Part shown: one piece after another, positions 9,307 to 17,354 of the stretch
How the letters are laid out: each line of letters begins with the position of its first letter
Position numbering within the stretch: the first letter of the stretch is position 1
Notes under the pieces: generated by a model
Databases searched by the model: none
The model's input: only the letters and a program-made list of their open reading frames with translations
Told to the model about the DNA's origin: nothing
Made by a program: the position numbers and the translations under genes
DNA from: Gemmatimonadota bacterium
GTDB taxonomy: Bacteria; Gemmatimonadota; Gemmatimonadetes; Gemmatimonadales; Gemmatimonadaceae
Assembly: GCA_031372565.1 (NCBI GenBank)
Contig: JANMLN010000052.1
Location: 1-23,669, forward strand
Direction: 5' to 3'
DNA: 23,669 bases

Positions 9307-12150
9307 CTACGGAAGGGATGCCGGCGACGGGCTCAGTTGAAGTCCATTTCCGGTCGCGCCATTGCCGAACGCGCCGTATCCGGCCGCTCCCCAGCACCAG
9401 ACGTTGCCATTGATACCGAGAGAGCATCCGTGATACAGCCCTCCAGCAATCGCAGCGTTCGGTCCACCGGCCGACTGGCCGACTGGGTTCGGCAGGCCAT
9501 AGCCACCGGCGACGACGCTCACATTGCCAACGCCGAGCTCGGCCTCCACGTTGTTCCCCCAACACAGCGTTGATCCGGTCGTGGTGATTCCGCACGTCGT
9601 GTATGTTCCCGCGCCGAGCGCACTGAACAACGCGACGGTATTCGCCTTGAACGGCAGACCCGCGCTTGCGCCTTGGGGAAAGCTGGACGTTCCGATCTGC
9701 GAGTAGTCGTTCGAGCCCCAGCACCATATCTCCTTCGCCGAGGAGAGACCGCAGGAATGGGTCGCTCCAGCGGTGAGCGCGGTGAAGATGATTCCACCAT
9801 ACACGGGCTTGTTGGCCTGCGTTCTGAGAGCCGTGAGCGTGGAATCGCCGAACTGACCACGATCACCAGCTCCCCAGCAAAGCGCAGCGCCGGCGGTGCT
9901 GATGCCGCACGCATGATTTCCTCCCGTAGCGACGGCAGTGAACGTGCGCCCAGGATTGCTCAGCACCGGAACGGATCGGGTTAGCTGCGAACCATCGCCA
10001 AGTTGACCGGACGCGTTCAACCCCCAGCAGTACAAAGCCCCTGATCCCGTCGCACCGCAGGTGAACGAACTGTTGTTACCCGAGAAGATGTCCGCGAAGC
10101 GAATGCCACCCACGACCGCCTTGGGCAGCGGCTCCGACGCCGTGAAGGAGCCCGTGCCTACCTGTCCATTCGCATTGCTACCCCAACAGTATGCGGTGCT
10201 GTCGGACGCAAGCGCGCAGGCATGGTTAAACCCGACCGCGATCTTGGTGAACACCAAACCGCCACCGCCCGCCTGCCCCGGAAACTGCAGCCCACCTCCG
10301 ACTTGTCCAGGGAAAGGGCGGTTCTGCACGAGCGAGCCGTCGCCGACAAACCCATTGGGCCCGTAACCCCAGCAGAATGCTTCGCCAGTCGTACTGAGCA
10401 CGCAGGCGCCATATCCCGACGATCCTAGTTGCTTGGCAACTCCGACGTTGATCGTCAGCGGACTGGCAGCAACGAAGGCAGATGACGCGACGACAGAATT
10501 CGTGCTCACTGTTCCACCAAGCGTCCAACTCGACAATTGCGCGATCCCACCTCCATCCGTGGGCTGCGTTGCGCCCGTCGCGACGCCACCACCGGCGCTG
10601 ACGGCGAAGACCACCGGCGCACCCACCACGACATTTCCAGCGGAGTCCTTCACGAGGACACTCGGCGATGTTGGCACGGAACTGTCTGTTCGTCCGAGCT
10701 TGCTCACATTGGCGAGGACGATTGTTCCCTTGACCTGTGCAGTGGCTGAAAACGTGATCGGAGCAACGGGCACGCCGCTGGCGGTCGCCGTCAAGGAATT
10801 CGCTCCCATGACATTCCCGAGCTTCCAGGCGCCTACCGCCGCGCGACCGTTCGCGAGCGTAGTCGTCGTCGGGGCGGTCAGTTGCCCGCCGCCGGACGTG
10901 ATCGCGAACGTGACACTCACCCCTGCGACGGGATTCCCCAGCGAGTCCGATACGACCACCGTCGGCGCCAGCGGGACCGCGCTACTTACGAGCGCATTCT
11001 GCTGGTCGCCCTGGCTGATCACGATCGCGCGGGGGGGGCCCGCGATGCCGCTCGCGGTAAAGGTCACCGTGGTTCCGCTGGCAGCTTGCGCCTGCAGCAC
11101 ATTTGCGCCAGCCGCGTTGCCGAGGCGCCATGCACCCAACGCCGCGGCTCCGCTGGCGGTCGTCGTCGCCGTCGCACCGGTCAACACGCCGCCGCCCGTT
11201 GTGACGCTGAAGTTGATGGTCGCGTTGGCAACGGGATTTCCGAACGCGTCCATTGCCATCACTTGAGGGGCAACGGGCAACACCGAACCGGCGACGGCTG
11301 TCTGGGCATCCCCGGCTGCCTTGGTGAGGGTCGCGACCGGCCCCGCCGTCGCCGTCGCCGACATGGTCGCCGAAAGGCCCGCGAACGCGGGCACTGCCAC
11401 CGCCAATCCCTGCCCACCGATCCCCTGCCCCAGTCGCCACGCTGTCAGGATCGCGACGCCGGTCGAACCTGTTGTCACAGTCGCCACCGTGTCGAACGCT
11501 CCAGAAGGAATTGCCTGTACCAATCCACGGAGTGCGCCCGTTCCGGTTGTCGTGAATCTCACCGCGACGCCGGGCACCACGTTTCCGTAGCGATCAGTCA
11601 CCCTGACTGTTGGGGCGGTCGCAACCGCGGCGGCCACCGCTGCGCTTTGCCCGCTCCCGGCTGTCACGACGACCGCCGCCGGGACCTGTGGCGCAATGGT
11701 AGCCGTGGTGGCCACGAACACCCGGCTTGCGTCAAATGCCGTCACGGTCAACGTGTCGCGTCCCACGAGCGTGTCCACGCGCCATCCGGTGATGGTCGCG
11801 ACACCGTTCGCGTCGGTTGTGACCGTCTGCGCCGGAAGTTGGGCCGCTGTGCCGCTCCGGGCCTTCACGGTCAGCAGCAGGTTCGCCCAAGGGACCGTGG
11901 CCGTATCCACGATGCGGATCTTGATGTCCGCCGCAGTTGTGCCCGCCGCGACCACCTGCGCGTCCCCTTGCACAGCCGTCACCTGTCCGATGCGCCGGAA
12001 CGCCACCAGTCCCGTGATGTCTGCTTGACAGGAACCAAGCGTGACGAGGGCCGCGACGCCAGCGAGACGCAGAAACCCGCGCCGCGCGCTTGACCAGCCG
12101 ATGCGCGATGTCAACAACGTTGCCTTTGTGCTCCTCGGCTTGAGCCGCAT
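9307..12150 (-). CDS. Probable lipoprotein with about five bacterial Ig-like repeats and a 7-blade RCC1/BLIP-II-like propeller
   Basis: ARRGFLR, hydrophobic stretch, LGS-C41; repeats GDAQ/GSGQ/GDQQ...D..GNPV..V.F...W.LG; seven C-x9-CWG repeats at the C-terminus; SD AAGGAG lies inside the upstream gene's end. Confidence 0.88.
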   Translation of the reverse strand: MRLKPRSTKATLLTSRIGWSSARRGFLRLAGVAALVTLGSCQADITGLVAFRRIGQVTAVQGDAQVVAAGTTAADIKIRIVDTATVPWANLLLTVKARSGTAAQLPAQTVTTDANGVATITGWRVDTLVGRDTLTVTAFDASRVFVATTATIAPQVPAAVVVTAGSGQSAAVAAAVATAPTVRVTDRYGNVVPGVAVRFTTTGTGALRGLVQAIPSGAFDTVATVTTGSTGVAILTAWRLGQGIGGQGLAVAVPAFAGLSATMSATATAGPVATLTKAAGDAQTAVAGSVLPVAPQVMAMDAFGNPVANATINFSVTTGGGVLTGATATTTASGAAALGAWRLGNAAGANVLQAQAASGTTVTFTASGIAGPPRAIVISQGDQQNALVSSAVPLAPTVVVSDSLGNPVAGVSVTFAITSGGGQLTAPTTTTLANGRAAVGAWKLGNVMGANSLTATASGVPVAPITFSATAQVKGTIVLANVSKLGRTDSSVPTSPSVLVKDSAGNVVVGAPVVFAVSAGGGVATGATQPTDGGGIAQLSSWTLGGTVSTNSVVASSAFVAASPLTINVGVAKQLGSSGYGACVLSTTGEAFCWGYGPNGFVGDGSLVQNRPFPGQVGGGLQFPGQAGGGGLVFTKIAVGFNHACALASDSTAYCWGSNANGQVGTGSFTASEPLPKAVVGGIRFADIFSGNNSSFTCGATGSGALYCWGLNASGQLGDGSQLTRSVPVLSNPGRTFTAVATGGNHACGISTAGAALCWGAGDRGQFGDSTLTALRTQANKPVYGGIIFTALTAGATHSCGLSSAKEIWCWGSNDYSQIGTSSFPQGASAGLPFKANTVALFSALGAGTYTTCGITTTGSTLCWGNNVEAELGVGNVSVVAGGYGLPNPVGQSAGGPNAAIAGGLYHGCSLGINGNVWCWGAAGYGAFGNGATGNGLQLSPSPASLP

Positions 12151-12152
12151 GG

Positions 12153-14189
12153 CTACTTCTTCTCCTTTGAAAGTCGGACGACAATCGGATCGTCGGTACG
12201 CGTCGTCTGCACGTCGGGAGTCTGCAGCCGTCCGCTGGCCTTCACGACGTAGGCGGGCAAGCGCTCGGCGAGATAGCTGCGCAGGTTGGAGAGCCGGATT
12301 TCTCCGCTTCCGTTCGCGTCGGCCGCACCGCGGAGCGCGTTCATGAGGAAGTACGAGAACGCGCCATGCTGTTCGTCGCGATTCCAGCTCGCGAACTCCT
12401 TGCCGCCGGCCGCAGTGATCACCACGGCATTGCGGATCTGCGCGATAGGATTGTTGACTTCGAGGATGGCCGAGGTCGCGCCAAACACGCTGCCCCCGTC
12501 GGTCTGGCCCGAGAAACAGGCATCGAGCGCGATGAACACGCTGCGTGGCTTCACGGCGGCGAGGGTGGCATACAGCTGCTCGACGGGGTAGCCCTCCGTC
12601 GCGAGGTAGGCCGGATCCACGTCCACCGGGAGGAGATACGCCTGCAGGTCGCCCTGCGTCCCTCCCGCACCTGCCCGGGAGCCTGGCGCCCCGTGCCCGG
12701 AGTAGAAGATGTACACGTCGGTGGCAGCGGCACCGCCCATTCGTGTAGCCAACAGGCGGCCCAGCTGGCTTTCCTGCGGGTTTCCGCCTGCCCGTCCAAG
12801 CAGCCGTTCCATGCCACGGCCATCGAGATCGGCGTAATAGAGAATGCTCGACGAATCGATACCAAAGGCGCGCGCAAAGTACTGCCGCATGAAATACGCG
12901 TCACGCTCCGCGTACTCGACCTTGGGCACGCGCCGGTAGTCCCGGTTGCCGATCACCAGTGCGATCGCGTTCCGGTTGGGTGCCACGGCGACGGGGATAT
13001 CGCGATCCACCGCCGACAGCGGGTCGAGCGTCGCCACGGCCAGTGTCGTCGCGCGGTCACCCGTGAGCTCTTCTCTCACCAAGTCTTCGGGTGCGGACAC
13101 GGACAGAGTGGGCAACTGGCGATTGCGCTCCACAATCTGGCGGTTGCGGGCGGCGGCGCGTTCAAGCTCGTCGCGATCGCCTGCCAAGCCTTGCTTGACC
13201 TCCGCTTGCTCCGCCGCCCACTGACGAAGATCATCCAGCTTCCACTGTGCCAAGCGGCCGTCGTACGTGGACTTGTCCGCATTGTAGGCCTCCAGGCGAC
13301 CAGTGTGAGCCCGTGCGGACAACCACGCCTGAAGAAGCCCGACGCCAAGCCCGGCACCGGCCGCCAGCGTGGCGGTGCAGCCGGTGCCCTTTCCGAGATC
13401 CACGCTGGAGCCCGCTGGCACGAGCTGTCCGCGGACGTAGGCATCTTGAGAGAAAGTCCGCGAGTCCACGCAGCCCACCGACGGCAAGAACGCTGCCGTG
13501 GCGTATCCTGCGCCCGCGCCGAGTAGCCCCCAGATGACCGCGCCTGTCCATGCGCTCCCGCGCACGGGCTCGATCGGCGCGAGGGGAGGTGCGGTCACCT
13601 GCCGGTATCGGGAGAGAATGCCCTGCGACTCCGCGATGTCCGCAGCGCTGCGAATGCGCGGCAGCGGAAGGGTGTCGCGCCGGAGCTCGGCCGTCACCTT
13701 CACTGCCTGACCTCGAGAGATACTGACACGGCGTCGCACAGAGTCAGCGCCGCTGCGGAGGTCAATGGCTCCGCCCTCGGCGCCCACCGCGAAGTACCGC
13801 AGCGAGTCGCGGAGGGTACCGTAGTCACGAGCTGCGAGCCTCAGCTGTACGCCCATGGGCGTCGCCGCAATGCGCACCCAGGCGCAGCTACGCCGATACA
13901 GATGCAACACGTCCTCGGCTGCGGACCGTCGTGTCGGCGCCCGCTTCACCTGAGCCCGAAGGCTGTCAGAGAGTGCTTCAAAGTCGAACGTGTCGCAGTC
14001 GGGCGGTGCGCCCTGCACGATGTCTATCGGCCGCGTGCCGGCCCGGAATGCGCCCATGACAGCGCCTACCGGCGACAACGTCACCTCCTGCGACCGGACT
14101 GGAGAACCCGTCAGCAACAAGGCCACGAGAAGCCCGGAAGGCCGGAGGTGCGCGCTGGTCAAAGGCCGCTGTGGGAGTGAGTAGTTCAT
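12153..14189 (-). CDS. Caspase-like (peptidase C14) domain protein with signal peptide and Gly-rich hydrophobic hairpin
   Basis: AIALVIGNRDY, FYSGHG (His), LDACFSG (Cys), HGAFSYFL..ALRGAADANGSG; start ATG 14189 with GGAG 6 nt upstream. Confidence 0.9.
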   Translation of the reverse strand: MNYSLPQRPLTSAHLRPSGLLVALLLTGSPVRSQEVTLSPVGAVMGAFRAGTRPIDIVQGAPPDCDTFDFEALSDSLRAQVKRAPTRRSAAEDVLHLYRRSCAWVRIAATPMGVQLRLAARDYGTLRDSLRYFAVGAEGGAIDLRSGADSVRRRVSISRGQAVKVTAELRRDTLPLPRIRSAADIAESQGILSRYRQVTAPPLAPIEPVRGSAWTGAVIWGLLGAGAGYATAAFLPSVGCVDSRTFSQDAYVRGQLVPAGSSVDLGKGTGCTATLAAGAGLGVGLLQAWLSARAHTGRLEAYNADKSTYDGRLAQWKLDDLRQWAAEQAEVKQGLAGDRDELERAAARNRQIVERNRQLPTLSVSAPEDLVREELTGDRATTLAVATLDPLSAVDRDIPVAVAPNRNAIALVIGNRDYRRVPKVEYAERDAYFMRQYFARAFGIDSSSILYYADLDGRGMERLLGRAGGNPQESQLGRLLATRMGGAAATDVYIFYSGHGAPGSRAGAGGTQGDLQAYLLPVDVDPAYLATEGYPVEQLYATLAAVKPRSVFIALDACFSGQTDGGSVFGATSAILEVNNPIAQIRNAVVITAAGGKEFASWNRDEQHGAFSYFLMNALRGAADANGSGEIRLSNLRSYLAERLPAYVVKASGRLQTPDVQTTRTDDPIVVRLSKEKK

Positions 14190-14203
14190 GCGAAGCTCCA
14201 CGC

Positions 14204-15769
14204 CTACCGGGGGATGGGGATGATTTCGGGTGTCTCACGCTGGAATTGCGGCATCGTCTCACCGACATCGGCTCCGACGTACGTCGGGTCACTCACGATC
14301 CAGCGCACGCCGCTCACGATCAGGGCATCGCCGCTCGTGTCGTCCGTGAACCGGACCGCCGTGGCCATATGCGTGGAGTACAGGACGCCGACCACCTCGC
14401 GATGCATGAGCTCCCGCACGAGCGTGGCGAAGAGGACTGCACGGTCCTCGCAGTCCGAGAACGGATAGAACAGCGTCTCGTCAACGGCGAAGGGCTTGTC
14501 TTCACGTCCGAACTGCTCCATATCCGTCGCATATGCGAACGCGCTCTGCACGAAGCGGATGAGGATGTTCGCCGCGTCGCGCTCGGAGCGCCCAGCAATC
14601 AACTGGCGCAATGGCGGAAGCAATGTTGCACGAGCCTCATCCGACATCCCGAGGCCGAACCACACGAACCAGTCCACCTGCGGGAACCACTCGAGGTACC
14701 GGACGCGTGCGACATTGGCCCGAATCGTGATCTCGTGTCGCGCATCCCCGTGCGTCCAGCGCAGAGTGCGCGTGCGCGCGGAGTCTCCCAACTGCGGAGT
14801 CTGGCGGATGGCGAGATTCGCAATGCGCGGCGACGCATCGGATGCTTCGCGGTACGTGCGAATCATGCCCGGTGCTTCCAGCGGCGGTCCATCGTCCAAG
14901 TTGAAGACGCCAAAAGCGCGACCGTCAATGTCATAGCTGGCGACGCGATACACGCGCACGTTCGACGGCAGCAGGAGCACCACGGAACCTGACGCCCCTT
15001 CGCCCGAGAGCGCCACACGCGCATCCAGGCCACCGCGCCGAAGGAGGTACCATGTGACAAGGCGGGTGTTGGCCTCATCGGGCGAGAGCTTGCGCGCCAG
15101 CCGGTATGCAAGACGTGCGAACCCGAAATCGTCGAGGGCGAGCTCTCGCATCTGCGCGTCGAGATCCTCGAGAAGCGGGCGAAGGTCGGCCTTCGTCAAC
15201 TGCTCGTAGAAGGCCGCGATGCCGGCCTGCGTAAGCGGAGCAGCAACACGTGGCAGCCGACCAGGCACGGTGCGCACACGGGCGTCGGCGCCGTAATAGT
15301 CGGGCTCCAGCACTTGCCGTGCGCTCACGGGAAGCGCAGGCGCCGCTCGCGGGCCGACCAGCGTAATGGTCGGCGTCGGCGTGAGCGGGGCCTCCGGCGA
15401 GGTCATGCGTACGCCGGATGGTTCGGGCAGCGGCGTCATGACGATATCGGGGGCCTGCGAGGGACGTTGGCGCAGTGACACGGGCACGCCGGCCGACCCA
15501 CCAGCGGCCGACGAGAGCGAGTCAGCCTCCGGGGCGTGCGGGAGTGCCCTCGGCTTCGGACCGCGATAGCCACTCGACGCACGGAGCACGCGAAACGCCG
15601 ACCACTCGCGCTGCAGCAGCCGAATGAACGCGCTGTCTTGGCTCGCAACGAATTGATCGAAGTTGCGCCGGCCGTCGCGGCGAAAGCGCTCGAACGACGA
15701 GTCTGCCTGAGCCCCAAGGGAAGTCGTGGCCGCCGCAAGACAGGCGACAGCGCGCAGCGTGCGCCTCAT
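14204..15769 (-). CDS. Exported transglutaminase-like (Cys-His-Asp) protein
   Basis: Signal peptide MRRTLRAVACLAAATTSLGA; C-terminal SDCEDRA, THMATAV, SDPT triad; ATG 15769 overlaps the upstream stop (ATGA). Confidence 0.75.
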   Translation of the reverse strand: MRRTLRAVACLAAATTSLGAQADSSFERFRRDGRRNFDQFVASQDSAFIRLLQREWSAFRVLRASSGYRGPKPRALPHAPEADSLSSAAGGSAGVPVSLRQRPSQAPDIVMTPLPEPSGVRMTSPEAPLTPTPTITLVGPRAAPALPVSARQVLEPDYYGADARVRTVPGRLPRVAAPLTQAGIAAFYEQLTKADLRPLLEDLDAQMRELALDDFGFARLAYRLARKLSPDEANTRLVTWYLLRRGGLDARVALSGEGASGSVVLLLPSNVRVYRVASYDIDGRAFGVFNLDDGPPLEAPGMIRTYREASDASPRIANLAIRQTPQLGDSARTRTLRWTHGDARHEITIRANVARVRYLEWFPQVDWFVWFGLGMSDEARATLLPPLRQLIAGRSERDAANILIRFVQSAFAYATDMEQFGREDKPFAVDETLFYPFSDCEDRAVLFATLVRELMHREVVGVLYSTHMATAVRFTDDTSGDALIVSGVRWIVSDPTYVGADVGETMPQFQRETPEIIPIPR

Positions 15770-16725
15770 CGCGAGGACTCGTGCAGCACCACCTCGAACG
15801 GCAAGTCGAGGAGCGCGCGCTCGTTCAGGGGAATCTCCACCAGCCAACGCTCGAATTCCATTCGCCCCATGCGGAGCCCGTCCAGTTCGCGCGGCGTCTT
15901 TGCGCGCTGCCATCGTTCCGGAGGCGCGACGGGCCGCTTTGTCGCAAGAGCCACGATCCACTGCATTTCGCGCGCGCGACCACTCGCGCTCCTGGCGGGC
16001 CAGTTGAGCCGCCACTGTCGCTGTTGCGCCGCGCTAGGGAACGTGAAGGTCGTCCCGCCTTCGACTTCCGGAGCGGACTGCATCTGGTTCGGGACCACGA
16101 ACTCCGCGGAGTCCCCAGTGATCTGTATGACGTAGAGGTGCGAGCGTGCGGACGGCGTCACGCGCACCTCGATACTGTCGCCGCGCACGGCGTCGGTCCG
16201 TCCCTCGAACACCTGTCGGTTGAGGCTTGCCGACACCCGGAACGAGAGGTCCGCCGTCCCACGTTCACGAGTGACCGTTGCTCGGATGCGCACCCGACGA
16301 CGGGTGGCGCCGGGAGCGCCATCACTCGATGACAACACCTCGTCCGCGAGCACCTCGAAATCGGTCACGCGGCCGCTCGTGAACTCCCTGATGCTGCGCA
16401 TGTAGCGCGAATCGAAGTGTTCTGAATCTGCCGACACCCGCAGATCGGCGCCGGCGGTCAGCCTGGTGCCGACCACCATGCGCACGGCCTCGAGGCGTGC
16501 ATCGCGCAGGGCGTCAACACGTGCCTGATCTGGCGACCTGTCTCCCACGAGGGCGATGGATGCCTCGGTCTCGACCACGCACTTCGCGGCAGACTCGGCA
16601 CACGGACCCACGAAGCGCGCGCGCCCGAGTCCCCCTCGCACCGGAGCCTCCTGTGCGCTGAGCTGCCCCACTGCCCGCGCGGTCATCGCCACAGCGAACA
16701 CCATTCGAGCCGCAGGCGTCGTCAT
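15766..16725 (-). CDS. Exported protein with FlgT-N/LPP20-like N-domain and DUF4384-like C-domain
   Basis: Signal-like N-terminus ending LSA-Q; DQARVDALRDARLEAVRMVVG helix; GDSIEVRVTPSARSHLYVIQI...VVPN...GTTFTFPS resembles DUF4384; ATG 16725 overlaps the upstream TGA. Confidence 0.65.
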   Translation of the reverse strand: MTTPAARMVFAVAMTARAVGQLSAQEAPVRGGLGRARFVGPCAESAAKCVVETEASIALVGDRSPDQARVDALRDARLEAVRMVVGTRLTAGADLRVSADSEHFDSRYMRSIREFTSGRVTDFEVLADEVLSSSDGAPGATRRRVRIRATVTRERGTADLSFRVSASLNRQVFEGRTDAVRGDSIEVRVTPSARSHLYVIQITGDSAEFVVPNQMQSAPEVEGGTTFTFPSAAQQRQWRLNWPARSASGRAREMQWIVALATKRPVAPPERWQRAKTPRELDGLRMGRMEFERWLVEIPLNERALLDLPFEVVLHESSR

Positions 16726-17324
16726 CAAGGATTGCCCGACTGGTCATCGTTCGCAATGGAGCCGCCCTTGAGTCCCGTGCTGATCAGCTCCGCCCACGCC
16801 TTTGCGTCCTTGACCTTCGTATACAGCGCATTGTTCGCCTTGATCTTCCGGATCATGTCCTCCGCGATGGGACCGATCGGCATCTCCATGAGGATCCACG
16901 CCCGAAACTGCCCCTCCTCACGCTTGACCTCCTGCTCCCGGACGCGCGCGTTGCGCACGAACTGGTCTACCTCGGCGGTCATCATGCGCTCGAGCGTCTG
17001 TCCTAGGTTGTTCCGGGCAGACAGGCCGGCCTGCTTGATCGTGGCCGACGAGAAGGTCTTGACGCGGGCCTGCAGACCTTCCGCTAATCGTCGGCGCGCG
17101 CTGAGTTCGGCGATCTCCACTGCAACGTCCATATCCGGCGACAGGGCGGTCGCCGTGACAAGCAAGTGATTCTCCTCCTTGGGAATCTTCGCGTACCACT
17201 CCGGGATCTCTGCGAGATCGCCGTTACGGGGCAGTCCCTTGGATCGCGTGGAGTCCTGTGCAGTCAGTGTCGCGGTGCTTCCGAGCGTAGCCAGTATGAC
17301 GAGGCCAGCGATCGCGATGCGCAT
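16725..17324 (-). CDS. LPP20-like exported protein
   Basis: IPEWY...TATALSPDMDVAVEIAELSARRRLA...RVK pattern resembles LPP20; signal peptide; ATG 17324 with GAGGA SD. Confidence 0.65.
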   Translation of the reverse strand: MRIAIAGLVILATLGSTATLTAQDSTRSKGLPRNGDLAEIPEWYAKIPKEENHLLVTATALSPDMDVAVEIAELSARRRLAEGLQARVKTFSSATIKQAGLSARNNLGQTLERMMTAEVDQFVRNARVREQEVKREEGQFRAWILMEMPIGPIAEDMIRKIKANNALYTKVKDAKAWAELISTGLKGGSIANDDQSGNP

Positions 17325-17354
17325 GGTTTTCCTCAAGGGGTGGGGGGGATGTGC

